DNA of 64,000 bases from Lama glama (taxonomy: Eukaryota): contig CM052816.1 in the NCBI GenBank assembly GCA_028534125.1, positions 32,552,001 to 32,616,000 on the forward strand, written 5' to 3'. The notes beneath the pieces are model-generated. The model was given only the letters and a program-made list of their open reading frames with translations. It was not told the origin of the DNA and searched no databases. Made by a program: the position numbers and the translations under genes. Position 1 is the first letter of the stretch; each line of letters opens with the position of its first letter. Shown here piece by piece: positions 34,671 through 48,123 of this stretch.

Positions 34671-35859
34671 TACTGGTTTGATTGACTTAAACTGTTAAAA
34701 TTTTTAAGTCCCCATGGCTCTGCCCAAGTATGGCCCCTACTCTTCTCCAGTAACCAGCTCTGTCTCCTGAAGGAGAGCCCTGTCCTTCCTGTCCTCCATG
34801 CCACAGTGTGTTCTCTGCCTCCTTGTGCAAGAACAGCTTTTATCTCTTCTCCTTTAATCAGTTTCTTGATCCTGGTGGCTGAAAACCCCATGTTTCCTTC
34901 AGAGTGCCTCCCAAGTGGCCTAGGAGTCTTCAAAGCAACTAGAACCCTTCTGAATGACCTGGGTAGCTGAGGTGCAAATACAGATTAGTTTCATTTAGCC
35001 TACCCCTTTCTTTCTTCTTAGAAGGAGCACCAGACCCGGGGTTCTTGTTGCATTTAATTACTGATCTTCAGCATTTGTTAAAGCCCATGTAGTAATATGG
35101 CTCTACTAGCCAGCATGGGGATGTCTCTTCTTTTACTTTGTCCAATTCTTATTTTCTTCACTTCTTCCTTCCCTTTCTTGCTCTCTCTCATCTAGCTCTT
35201 CCTCCTAATGGCAGAGGTGTGCATGGATTAGCTTCCCAAAGCAGGAGACATTCTGGTCTGTCTTTGTTTAGCTTACGTCCTGGATTCTAGCTTTTCATCA
35301 ACAGTTTAATTGTAATAAGACCATTGCATAGTGTTTCTTAGTCACCCCAAATGAATCATGTTAGAAATGAAACTTAAATAATTTCATTTTTTCCCACCAC
35401 CCTTCATGTAGATAAAACCACTATTGGAATTGACTGCATCTGGGTTGGAAAAGATCTTTTGCACTAAGTATCCATTTCTTGATCAGGATTGTTCTCATGC
35501 TCACATGCAAGCCCAGGAATTTTCTTGACCCCATGGATATTTGTGATGATGTGATCCAGAGAAGGAAAGCCCCAGGGCTTGACCACATGCAGGTTAAACA
35601 ATGGGCAGATTGAAAATCCAGTGCCCCAAAGATGAGAACCAGCATTGCCCTTTCCTAGAGATCTTTTTATCAAGAGGAAGGATGTGCATGCCCTGGAAGG
35701 GCATTATCCTTTCCAGATCAGGCAAAACTGTGCCACGTATTTTCTGAGATCTTGGTACCCAGCTCGAAGCTTCTAAAACCCATCATGGTAGGTGAGTTTA
35801 GGGCAGTATTACAACCAAAGAAAGAAATTTGCTGATGACAGGAACATGGTTCTCACAGG

Positions 35860-36300
35860 AATAAACATGAACAAGTGGTTGAGCAGCGGGTTCTTAAATA
35901 CTGTGCCACTACCAGAGAGGGAAAAGAGAAGATGTAACATTTGCACTTGCAAAAAATATCCTGCCTTTAATAACAACTTTACACTGTTAATGCAAATGAT
36001 ATGTTAAATGCGGTGGGAGAATGGCATGCTATTGCTACGTTATTCAGTAGGACGATTAAACAGTGTTAGCAGGAGCCCTGCTGGGCCCTCGTATGGTACT
36101 TAGCACTTTCAAAGGCCTGACAGGCAGCAATTCATTGTAAGGCTTTTCACATTCTTTCTCTGGCCTGACAGTGCTTTAGAAGCATGTAAATAACTCTTTT
36201 CTACACATACACCTTAATGCAGTAGCTAGCCTGGTTTATATCCCCAACTGACAGGTTTTAAAGGTTCTGTGACCATGTAGGAAATCAAATTATGGACTAG
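35860..36300. promoter_or_regulatory. Candidate enhancer (repeat-free, motif-dense)
   Basis: ATGCAAAT 35990-35997, TTCAAAG 36108-36114, TGACAG x3, CATTGT 36133-36138, TGTAAATA 36185-36192. Confidence 0.4.
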
Positions 36301-36682
36301 TTAGCAACCTAGTCCTTAGCTTGAGACTCTAACCTTAGTTATGGAGAATAAATAATATTAGTTTCTCTTCCTGGTTTTCACTTTTCTGTGCCAACATACC
36401 TCATCAATGAAGCCCCAGAGAACACAAAGTCTTTAATCAGATTTTAGAAATGCACATGCACCAACTTTGCTTTTGTTATTATTTCATGGGCCAAAAACAT
36501 TTTACTCTGTGCCTCATTTTTACCATCCATACTACTGACCAGATAAGTGAAAACAGTCTAGCCGTTAAATGACTTATTGTACATTCTTATTGGCTCAAGG
36601 CATGTATTTCTTTTGAGGATAATACTTCACACTCCCTTGGATTATTTTTCATAATTTATTATGGTCTTCTTTCTCTAGGTTG

Positions 36683-37141
36683 TGACAAAGATTCTTTGCT
36701 TGACCAAACCTTGGTCAGGCTCCTGAGCCTTCTCCTGGGCCCATCTGTGCTCTTTTCTTGTAAAACCTGGTTGAGCAGAACCCTGCCGAGTCAGTTTAAT
36801 AAGAGTCCCCCATCCTCCATATCTGATTACCCTCCATATCTTATCAGGTTCCTCAGCCTCCACCAACCTCCAGGTGACGTCAGGTCACCCTGGTGTGTCT
36901 TCAGCAAAGATCTGGTTAGGTCAGTTTAGCCAGAATGCCCCTTACCCCTAGTGTTTCTCCTTATTAATTTTCCACCCACTGATCCCCATCTGCTCCTTGG
37001 CTGCACATTTCCCACTTGCGCATCATGGATTTAGAACTGAGCCCAGTTCTATACTGAGATCTCTTTTCCCCCATTGGAAAAGTCCTGAACATAATTTATT
37101 TACCACTTTACCAACTGTCCAGCTCTGGTTTTCCTTTGACA
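36683..37141 (+). mobile_element. ERV1 solo LTR, MER31-like
   Basis: TGACAAAGATTCTTTGCTTGACCAAAC start, aggcccatctgtgc-like, gtttagccagaat.cccctta; ends TTTGACA. Confidence 0.8.
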
Positions 37142-37309
37142 ACTATAGTCATATATTTATTGTCCACTTCTAGAATATTGCTCTAACTAAAAATAAATAT
37201 CTATGGGCAAGTTAGAAGAAAAAGACTTTCAACTTTTCTTTATGCTAAAAAACAGCATAAAAACGTAGAAGTTTAAATCAATGCACTTTAATTCCACACT
37301 ACTAATTCC

Positions 37310-37800
37310 ACACATACAAAGCATGTGCTAGGCATGAGGATACCATGATCAGTAACATGTGATTCCTGCCTTTAAAGATTTCCCAGCCTATCAGGGTGCA
37401 GAAAGATGTATATGTGGAATAAAGTATAACTGTTTAAAATAGAGATGTGCCATAGATAGATAGTTAGACAGACTGACAGGCAGATAGATAAACAGCTAGC
37501 TAGCTAACTAGATGATAATTATGGAAACACAAGGGAGAAAATTCATATACTTGAGATCATGGGGTGATCAGAGAAAGCTAGAGTGAGGAGATAGCATTTT
37601 AACTTAGCTATGAAGGTTAAGTAAGCAGCCACCAGTTAGACAAGGAGAAGGTAGTTCTAGGCAGAGGGCAAGGTACCACAAAAGCAGAGATAGAGATGTG
37701 AGAAGACACGTGGCCCTGCCCCCTAACACCCCTGGAGCCCAAGGATTCGAGCACAGTCTGAAGTCAGTGCCTAATCAGTCTTGGCTAAATGCACAAATGT
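37310..37800. mobile_element. L2 fragments with degenerate (GATA/TAGC)n tract at about 37450-37515
   Basis: gtgctaggcatgaggatac..tcctgcc.ttaaaga, gatcagagaaagct..gaaggttaagta, ttctaggcagaggg. Confidence 0.6.
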
Positions 37801-38760
37801 GTGCATGATGGAGGGAATTCAGGGAAGAAGCATAAGCCAGTGATCTCAAAATTGGGACAATCCTGAGAAGCTGATTAGCTAAAGTGGGACATCTGACAGA
37901 AGGCAGTGGCTGGACTGGTGAGTTTGAGAAAGGCAGGTAATAGATCTTAGAATTCTAACTGTGTTTGTTACTGGGATGAAGCTTTCGAGCACGGGAAAAT
38001 TTTCAGCAGAAAAACATCAGATCTGGAAGGGACATTAGAGAGCATCTAATCAGTCCCAAGAGGTTACAACGAAGGACTCCAACTCCAGATTCTATGTCTG
38101 GTACTGGTGGCCCCAGCAGTCAACACTGACTGATCTGTCACAGCCACAGCGTCTGACCACGCTGAAGGAAGGAACACAGGAGAGAAAAATAAGGGGTGTC
38201 TAGGAAGAAAAGCAGGCAAGCAGGCAAGCTGGCTGGCCTGTGGACCCCAGCTTGAGATTTGGCCAGCGTTTGGTTTATTCTTCAGCATCTTGCTAGAAGG
38301 GAAACTCCCTTGAGCCCAGTTCCCATCAGAGGAAAGAAATGGCTTTTCACAGCCTACTACACAGAAACAAGCTGCCTTCAGTCCCTCTTAGGGAGGAAGG
38401 GCTTTTGTGGTACTTCAGCAATGTCGTTGGTTCTTTTTTTCCCCCACTTCACCAGGGAAATTGGTTGTAAGTTTCCAACTCTTCAAACTCTTCAAACTCT
38501 TACAGGAAATTCCTAGAGACTAATTAGTCTGGCTACAAAGTCTTTGGCAGCTCAGCTCTGAAGCCCTCCTTTGAATTCTAAAGGAACCAGCGGGGCACCT
38601 GGGCCTCTGCTCCTAGGCTTTCCCAGACTTGACCCAGAGACCAGGGGGGACAGGTTTCCTAAGTGGAACAAAATTGACCCTTGATTTCTTTGCCCCAGCT
38701 TTTTCCTACACCAGGTGTCCTGAATTAAATATTCTCCCTACAGAAGAGGAGTTTTTAACC

Positions 38761-38935
38761 CAGTGGTTCTTAAACATTAGAATCACCAGGAAGGTTTGCT
38801 GCAGCGCGGGATGCTGGTCCCCACCTCCAGTTTCTGATTCAGTAGGTTCAAGATGGAGCCTGAGTTTGCATTTCCAACAAGTTCCCAGATGATGCTAATG
38901 CTTGTGTACTATGACCAACACTTTGAGAACCATTA
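38761..38935. mobile_element. hAT-Charlie MITE MER5A
   Basis: cagtggttct.aaac..agaatcacc..tttctgattcagtaggt..tttgcatttc.aacaagttcccag.tgatgct..cactttgagaacca. Confidence 0.9.
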
Positions 38936-40414
38936 AATCAGGAGTCAGATCTTGCATTCTTTTTTCCTATAAACAAGTTATTTTCTGCCCAACTCTACCT
39001 CAAAATTGCCCTCTGTTCTTCTCCTTGGAAACATAATCATTTCATTGATTAATTACTGTTCAGTCTACTTATCACTACAATAGCTTTGTTCCTGGCATCC
39101 AGAGACATTCCTAATTTTATTTCCTGCTCTTTTTATCTAGACCAGAACCTTATTTATAACCTCCAGGCCCAAATACGTGTATAATAGAAATAAAAAAAAA
39201 TACAGCCCAGAAAACAATGACAGTGTTCTTTCCTAAGAAGAAGGAGCTTCATTTGAAAGCTTATGCAAGCTTTAGATGAAAAATGGAATTTCATGCACAT
39301 AGAGTGATGGTAAATTTCCTGCTCACATTCTAATAGGCTTTGTTTGTGGGGAAATATTTTCTCTGGAGAAGGTTAGGAATTGGTGCTGGGATTAATTAAG
39401 GAATAAAGGTGAGTGAATCTTTTTCTCTGTTGAATAGAGTCTATTCCATGTGGCCTTGCTTGCTCTAGTGATGTCAGACAAGGTACAGTGTGTTTCCCCA
39501 CTGGTGCCCTGAGCCCTCCTATAGCAGATGCCAGGACAAGGCCCTTTCACTGTAGAGGGGTTGGGTAAATCCACAGATTCCCACTCATAATGACTTTTCT
39601 CATGTTGGACTACTTCTAAGGAGGGAAGGACCCTCCAAGTGCAGTGTTTTTGAGCTCATGAGAAGACGCAATTAGAAGCCAGTTTTGGAGGTGGCCATTT
39701 GGGGCCCCAGATGGATGGATGGCCTGGCTGGGGAGAGGGGGATGTAGTCCACTCTGGAGATTACCAGGTAGCAAAAGCTACAGTTATTTGCAGGTGGCAT
39801 GGAGCTGGGTGGGGCAACAGAACAGGTGCTAAAGTGCCATGAGATGTGGATTGAACATGGAAGAGAATGTCTCCAAGAAAGAAATGACATTGTTGTGGAG
39901 GGTTGTGATGGGCAGGTGTGAATTTTGGAGAGAACTATTCAGCCCACTTAGGACATAAGGTAGATAATGAGGGAGATGTTGTCATCTGACAAAGAAAATG
40001 TCTTGTGGACTGGGCAGGTGGAAATGTGACGTGTTGAAGAGACTTGTTAGGTTACCACCTAAGCTCCACCATCCTGGGTGCAGCTTATTCTATGGAAATA
40101 TGTCACTTAAAATTTGACTGTTCTTCAAGATTCCATTTTGTGCCGGGCCAGCTGGCAGCCCTGCCATCTTGTTACAAACTGTATCACCTCTCCTTTCCAC
40201 AGGAAGATGCTTGGTACTGGTCTTACATTCAAACGACCAAAATAAAATCACTAAAGAGAAGTGAAAAGTGTAACACTTTCCAACTCTGAAATCAGTATCG
40301 GGTTAGACAGTCTCCATCTTTTATTTGTGTCTTTTGTTCTCTTTGCCAGGTGTCATCTCACACCTAATTCTATTCCATTTGTTTCTTACCACTTCCTTGT
40401 AGAAATCCAGACCT

Positions 40415-40800
40415 CAGCCTAGAAGTCAAGCTCTGTGAGGGCAGAACCTATGACTGCTTTGTTCACAATCATATACTCAGTGCCTGGTGCCTGCCTGGCA
40501 GAGTATGTGCTCAATAAATGTTTGTTGAATAAATAGAGTGAGGAGTGTAGAGCAGAAAATTGTGGAAAAGGAGAAGAGATGCTTCTGAACAGTGAGTCTG
40601 GCCTAGAGCCCCTTTAACCAGTGCCACCACTTTGGAAGATGTACCTTAAATTCTCATAAGTGCTCATCTGAAAAATAGGGGTAATTATGCCTGTCTTGCA
40701 GGATTGTTGTGGTGATTAGAGGAACATATATAAAATACTCACCTCTGCATCTGAGCTAGAGTAGGAATGCAGTAAATTGTAATCATTTTTTTTGTAATCA
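40415..40800 (+). mobile_element. L2 3' end followed by MIR
   Basis: aagctctgtgagggcag..tgctcaataaatgtttgttgaat; then ctcatctgaaaaatagggg..ggattgttgtggtgatta. Confidence 0.75.
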
Positions 40801-41734
40801 TTATTGTTATTATTTGTTTGCTTATTCCATATATTCAATCTTTCTGGTGTTCTTTTAACAATAGCCAAGGAGATCTTAAGAAAATTAAGCCTGTATTAAT
40901 CCACATAGTTTGCAATTTAGTTTTTTAAAACTCAGCAATACACACTCATGTTCTTATTTTCTCTTTTCTCACTTGAGAAGATGCCTAGACGCAAACAACC
41001 AGCCACACTTACGTTGGACAGCAATTTCCAGCCAGCACACAAATACTTTGATAATTCATTTAGCACACAAGTCAATTGCGCAGTGGATTTCCAAGCAGAC
41101 TCTTGGCCTTGTGTATCAAGAGGATGATACTTGCTGTCTACTCTGGCTGTACTGTGGTGAGGATTACCAAGTTGATATGTATTATGTACTTTGAGCTGCA
41201 GGGAGGAAAGGTGTCATAGGAACACTAAGTATTAAATTGCTTTAACTCAATGGCAGATTGGAGGCTTTACCCCGCCCCCCAATAGGGAAATAATAAACCA
41301 TGATTTCCACAAATAATTCAGCTCCCTTATGGCTTTTTATACATGCGTGAATTTATATACAAAATAGAGAATAATTCTAAAATGTATGAATTTGCTCCTG
41401 TTTAAATATCTCAAAGCTAATTAGTTGTTTAGTTTTCCCAAGTTCTAATGGGAACATTTCATACATATGTTGGACCCTCACAGCACAGAGTCGAGTCATC
41501 AAATGCGATTGCATTTATGATCAAGGCAAAATGCCTTAATTAAACAAGTAATTAGCCTTGAGGAGAGAAATGAGCACAAAAGTCCAATTAAGGAATCTGT
41601 TAACTGTTCTTCCCGGTGACACAACCCACAGCTATTCCATATGCAGTTACTCTGATCATAGGGATTATGTACAATCCTCTGAAATGCACAACAGCAAAAG
41701 TGAAAACACTAAGGAAAAGTAGTGAACTTGAATA

Positions 41735-41905
41735 CAATATAGCAGAATAACAGTTACACTGGGAGCCGGGAAACCTGGGTTTTAGTTCAGCTACCACTCA
41801 TAAACTGTGTGACTTAGGATGAAGTACCTTCACCTTCCTAGTTCCTCAGTTTCTGATTATAGAAGCTGGACGTGATTTCTAAAGTTCCTTCCAGTGCTGA
41901 CATTT
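41735..41905 (+). mobile_element. MIR3-like SINE
   Basis: acctgggttttagt..ctgtgtgacttagg..cctcagtttc..gatttctaaagttccttccag. Confidence 0.75.
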
Positions 41906-43564
41906 TTCAAGCTTGTGTTGTGGGATTCCTCCCTTTCAATTCTTATTTTGGAAACCACTTGCTTCCTAGCACCATGCCTGCCAATCAAATAGCATCACTG
42001 CCAGCAACTTATAAGGTAGGTCTGTCAGTGCAAGAGAGGCTTCTGCCTGATCCAATTTTGTTTACAGTGGCAGCATTTCAGCACATCCTCTGTGCTTTCA
42101 GCGGGAAGCAGCCAGGCAGCAAAATTGCTCTTGCATAAACAAATCCAGCTGCAGGGCATCTTCAAAATGCTCCCTATGTGTTTTTCAATTTAGCCTACTA
42201 TTAAAATTTTAAAGCACAGTTTAGAACTATAGTGTGCAGTCTTCTGTTCCAAAATGAATCCAGGTTTCTCATGACTGGATTTGGGGTAGCAGGGGACGGT
42301 GAGAGGGAAGGGGGATATTTGGAGAGAGGAGATATTTTAGAATGTGGGGCATGACTTGCCTTGGATCCCTGCTGTCTCAACACTCATCACCTATGCCTCA
42401 TGCAAGGGCTTCAGATCCCTCTTCCCACAACCCTGCCAGTTCAGAGCTGCAGGTGAACTGCTGACCAAGAGAAGGAGTGGAGCAGGGCCAGCCTAACCGG
42501 CAGATGCAGTGGGTGGCTTGGATGAGAGGTGTGGTCTGAGAAGTGGTGGGTCTGGGTTGGCAGGAGTGAAAGCTGTGGACAGAAAGGACACCCCAAGCAG
42601 GAGGAGCAAAGCAGTAAGGCATGGAGGAAGAAGGAGCATGGTATATTCTCTAGCTCATTCTCTAGCTCCTACTCACGCAAGGTCACACCCCTTACCCCAG
42701 GAGCTGTTACACCCAACAATTTGTCAATGTTGGGTGGTTGGGCAGATAAAAGGCTCTCAAGAGTACTTCCTAATACATCTCCTGAATGCTAACCTGCAAC
42801 TCAGATTCTGCTTCTCCAGGAGCGCAACCCTTTCTAGAGAGATTGATGGTACCCTGTTGGCAATGGTGAAACACCAAAAGGTTGTAAACAGGGGTTATCT
42901 GTGATCGGATTTGCAATTTTAAAAGATGACTCTGTGGCCTTATGTGGAGGGTGTACTGAAGTGAGCAAATGCAGAGGAATAGTGTAATGTGGGCAATGAC
43001 CTTGGTACAATGTAGCCTCCAAATACACAGTCAGGAAGCTATCACAGCCAAGCTCTCCCACCCAACAGAAAAGCTCACTGTGGAAATGAAAATGCTCAAA
43101 CCACGTAGTTCATTAAATCAATCCAAAACACACAGCAAGAAGCAAAGTGGCAAGAAAGGGAGTAAGTTAACAGAGTTAGACTAGGCTGTAAGCAGGCGAA
43201 AGGACCATGCTAGCTGAGTTGCGTTCATATGTCCTTCTGCCCCTACCCTCACTCGCATCAGCCATCCCACTGATGGTGTGGTTACAAGGACCTAAACTGA
43301 AGTTGCAGCAAAGGGCCCACAGAGGGAAGGTACCTGAGGCCAAAGATACACTTGCACTATTGAAGGTGGACAGGGCAAGTCCACCTGGTCACAGCTGCAG
43401 CTTTCCAAATAGCCTGCTGAAAAGCTACAAGTTTTATCTGTACTACATAAGCAGAGCAGACATGGGGCCTGTCGGCAATCATAATCATACTGGGTGTCAC
43501 CATTGGGTCACTGATAAGGAATGACAGATCACTGTCACCCCAGTGAAAGCAAAATCATCCCTTT

Positions 43565-44115
43565 TTTTTTAGTTGAGGTATAGTTGATTTATAGTGTTGT
43601 GTTAGTTTCTGGTGTACAGCATAGTGATTCAGTTATACATACATACGCTTTTTCACATTCTTTATCATTATAGGTTATTACGAAGTATTGAACGTAGTTC
43701 CCTGTTCTATATAGTAGGACCTTGTTGTTTGTCTATTTTATATGTAGTAGTTAGTATCTGCAAATCCCAAACTCCTAATTTAACCCTCACCCTTCTTCCC
43801 CACCTTGTAACCATAAGTTTGTTTTCTATTTCTATGTCTGTGAGTCTGTTTCTTTTTTAAAAAAAAGTTTGTGCCATTTTTTAAGATTCCATATATAAGT
43901 GATATCATGTGATAGTTGTCTTTTCTATCTGACTTACTTCACTTAGTATGATAATCTCTAGGTCCATCCATGTTGCTGCAAATGGCAAATTTTCATTCTT
44001 TTTTATGGCTGAGTAGTATTCCATTGTATATGTATATACCACATCTTTTTCCAGTCATCTGCTGATGGACATTTAGGTTGCTTCCATGTCTTGACTATTG
44101 TAAACAGTGCTGCAC
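43565..44115 (-). mobile_element. Cetartiodactyl L1 3' end, 5' truncated, 12-bp TSD
   Basis: Poly-T, tatagttgatttatagtgttgtgttagtttctggtgtacagc..ORF2 antisense; AATCATCCCTTT at 43553-43564 and 44116-44127. Confidence 0.92.
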
Positions 44116-44619
44116 AATCATCCCTTTCTGTCTATAAGCAACTCTCTTGTTTGCTGTATCATATTTTCTATTAGTTCTACGTATTCTTTGCATGTCTCAC
44201 AGGTTAATAACTTACTATTTTTTAACATATCTTATGAATTCTACCGAAGTTTCACATGGCACTTGCTTAATCATTCTCTATTCTTAAACATCCTGTTAGT
44301 TTTGCCTGTATTTCAGAAGCTCTTTGTTTGCTTGCTGCCAATACTTCATACTTTTTAAGAGTTACATGAGTCCAGTATGTTCTGTCTTTTATAGCAAGAT
44401 TGAAAATTCCCAAATACTACAGCAAATGCACATTGCAAATAAAGACTGGAGGGTTTTTTTTTGGCAAAAGTAGAGCCTATAAATAATGTGGTTTTGACTT
44501 AGAGAAGTGGCTGTGGAGATTGAAGAGAAATGACTGTGGAGATTCAAGAGCAATTCCATAAGGTAAAGTGAGCAGAAAGGCTGATTGATTTGATGTTGTT
44601 GGTGAATGTGATGGATGGA

Positions 44620-45082
44620 CCTTGACATCTGTTCCATCCCCCTTCTCCCTCCCAGTGTTGAGGCTAGAAAATCTACATACTCATTAGCAGCCTCTCTTTT
44701 CTTGGGGGTGGCCACCGATCACAGTTCTAGCCAATGAGATATATTTGGAAGTCTGCTAAGGAATTCTGTGAACGTGGTTTCTTTTCTTAATAATAAAAAA
44801 GACAGAAATAGCTGGAGTTGTCCCTCCCATCATCTTCCTATCTTAAACAAAGAACTGATGCTTGGAGCTGTGACAACCTTTGTGTCACTTACCATGATGT
44901 GAGAAACCACTGACAGAGTGGAAATAGAGGAAGAGACTGGGACTTGATGACATCTTTAAGCTGTTTCTTCAGCTCTGAGCTGCCAGCTTTCAGACCTATT
45001 GTTATGGGAGAAAAATGAACCCTATTTTTAAGCCACCATGGGCTGGAGTTTCTGCTACTAGTAGCCAAACACATTCTAAATT
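44620..45082 (+). mobile_element. MaLR LTR, MLT1J/K-like
   Basis: gggtggcca..cagttctagccaatgagat..gaagtctgct..tgatgcttggagctgtg.caacc..taagccac..tagccaaacacattctaa. Confidence 0.75.
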
Positions 45083-45329
45083 TTCAGTGCAAAGGGGAAA
45101 AGAGGCAAAATAACTTTGTCAATAGGCCCAGACTTTGATGCAAAGACACCGCGAAATACAGCCTTTATTTTAGGTGACAATGAACCCAACTACAAATTAG
45201 AAGATCTCTTCCTGATATAGGGGACAACCAGCAGTATTTTCCATAGGAGGGTCCAAACGGCTGGTGCTCAGCAAAACAAAATCAATTTCCTGTCCTCCCC
45301 TGGTTCTTTAGCATCCCATGATCGCAAAC

Positions 45330-45440
45330 CACTTCAGACTGATTCAGTTGGAATCTTGGAGGTGGTGAGTCCCCAAATCAACATTTTTAAAAGCTCCTCA
45401 GATGATTCTAATGAACAGCCAGGGTTGAGAACCTCTGCTT
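45330..45440. mobile_element. MER5-type fragment
   Basis: cagactgattcagt..aaagctcctcagatgattctaatg..cagccagggttgagaacc. Confidence 0.75.
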
Positions 45441-47074
45441 TTAGTGAATACATCTGTTTGGGGGTGACAATACAGTCATCATTGTCTCTTTCTAAACTTT
45501 GTGTACCATTGAGCATAGTTATATGTCTCTCTGAGCAGAAGTGGGAACTATCAGAACATTAGGAATTTACAAATACCTCTTTTGTAGATTCATTATAAGA
45601 CTACGAATCTTGAATGCAGGCTGCAGACCCATGCTTTCTAGAGCATCAGGATAAGTCTGTAGAGTGACATACTGCCTTTCTACTACATTTTTCTGTCAAC
45701 TGCTGCCTGTGTCACCAAAACTTTCCCACGCTTGTCCACGCAGCAAAGAGAAGTCATCCCACTGCTCTCCTTCTGTCTGCCAATTTTTTCTACAGTCTAG
45801 ATTCCTTTTTCAGACCAAGCCTTTTTTTTCCAGAGTGGAAAATATTTCTAGTATGCTTTTATCAAAGGCCTTCTCTGATGTCTCAGTTCAGTCTTACCTT
45901 TGTAGTGGTTATAGTGTTTCTGACCATAAAATTCAGGTATGCAAAAATGTGAAAACCTGTATTTTCCATAACTGACTCTAATTTCTGCCTTGAGGCCCCA
46001 TTCTATGTGATGGCAGAACTGGAAATAAGACAATTCTCAGTAAACATGATCCATTCAGGGTTTTTCTCCTTCCCTCCCGCCTTCGCCCTGGGGAGTTTGG
46101 AGGAGACTAATAGAACATCTGGACATAGAGGGGGCTCATCTGGTCCTTGGTTATCATCTGTCCATGCTGACATCCTCTCCTGTGTCCTTGTTCTTTGGAG
46201 TCGTCAGTTGTCAGCATCTCTCCCCGCTGGCATCCACAGAAGCAACCGAGTTCCCATCTGGCCTTTGATATGAGGACAGTGCTGACATCTGCTCTTGGGC
46301 CGCCTCTTCCCAATATGAAGCATCTGCTAATCTGCCAGGCCTCCTTGAAATACTCCTGTACCCATCTTGCACAAGCATGGATGCACTCCTGGCCCCTCTG
46401 GGCTGTGGGAGACTTGGGACTAACCTGCTATGCTGAAATTTCTTCTTCCTGACTCACACACTAGGGCAAAGGGCAAGACAATCTCAGACCTTTGTCATTT
46501 TCCTGGGACCCCCTGGGAAGACAAGGCAGACTCTTGGCTCTTAAGCCCCCCAATTCTATTAGCCCAGAAAGCTTGTGCTAGAGACCCACAGCAGTGTCTC
46601 CCCACTTCTCCCTCATTCATAGCCGGTGGGGTCTTCATCAGTCAGAGTAAATAGGGAAAATGCTGGCTCAAAGTATGGGAACACTCTAGGGATAAAAACC
46701 ATTCATCTTTAAACATGTATTAATTAATTTTAATTAAACTTATTAAAGTTTGCATAATGTTTTAATTAAACTTGTTAAACTATTACATTAATTAATATTA
46801 TATTACATTAATACTTAAAAAATATTATTCTACCATGCCTCCTTGTATACTTGGGAAGTCTGCCTCCAATTCGCTCATTATCAAGAAAAACCGGTGCATT
46901 AAAAAACTAGACACAGCAAAACAGGATTACTTTATAATGGTGGGAATACCAGTACCCATTTTTTCTCTTATATCCCCTTATCTGCATTTTTCAAATCTCT
47001 ACCGTGAACATTTTTGTGTTATGTTTCTATAGTTAACACATCTGGAAAATGTCCAGCTAAACATCTGTTGAAAA

Positions 47075-47900
47075 GAAAAAGATAAAGGAAAAGATTGATA
47101 AATTCAATCACATACCAATGTAAAATCTAAATAAGGCCAAAACACCTCCATAAACAAAATAAAAAGACAAATGACAGAGTAAAGAAGAAAACTTCTCGCA
47201 CATGAGAGAAAAAGGATTCATGAAAAAAATGAATACCATAGCAAACTGTGTGTATTAAACTGTGTAACCTATACAATAGGCTGTCAGAAAACAAAAGCAA
47301 ATGGCCAAAAACGTAAAAAGAACCTCACTCAATTACAGAAATGCAAATCAAAACAAAGCTGAGATATCACTTTTACTTAGATTTGCAAAGTGAAAAAAAT
47401 GTATATAACTCAATAATTGGTTAGGGCATAGGGACAGATATTACATTTTTTGAGAATATAAACGAGTAACTTTTTTTGGAGAAATTTGGCAAACTGATCA
47501 AAATTTTAAGTGTATATCTAGGAACTCCTTGCAAAAGTTTGTACACCAGCTAAATAAGGACATGAACAAGGTTGTGAACAAGCACAATCATTGCAAGAGT
47601 GTCTGTAACAGCCAAATAAAAGAGGGAAAAAAGGTGGAAACAGCTTATAGGACTATCCAAAGGGGATTGGTTAAATACATTCTTGTACGTTGCTATAATC
47701 AAATACCATATAACTGGAACAAACATGAAGTGGGTATCATATTCTAACATGGAAAATCCTCTAAGATATGTTATTAACTGAAAAACCAATGTTCAGGACA
47801 GGATGAACAGTATAATGATCCTCTTCATGTAAATACATAATATCAGTGTTTATGTAGACACAGATGATATTTGGGGGGAGTAAACAGGACTGTTAACAAT
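47075..47900 (+). mobile_element. Old L1ME ORF2/3' remnants
   Basis: aaagattgataaattc, aaaagacaaatgaca, aacctcactc..agaaatgcaaatcaaaacaa, ggggattggttaaat. Confidence 0.75.
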
Positions 47901-48123
47901 TTCTCTACAGTTTGAATGGTCTAACCAAGTTCATGCTTATAGTTCATTGTTTAATGTCAACCATAATTATGTACCTGTAGAACTAGATAATTCTGTTTTC
48001 ATATAGAATTTCAGTTTAAAAAAAATGAGGATTCAGTTAATAAAAAAGCAATAATACATAGAATTTCATGAAGTCCGTCCATCCTCATCATTGGTTCTTA
48101 ATAAGTGTGATAAAAGTTACAGC

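Noticed and set aside
38477..38501. AACTCTTCA tandem duplication
   Set aside because: Ordinary short slippage repeat with no further structure.
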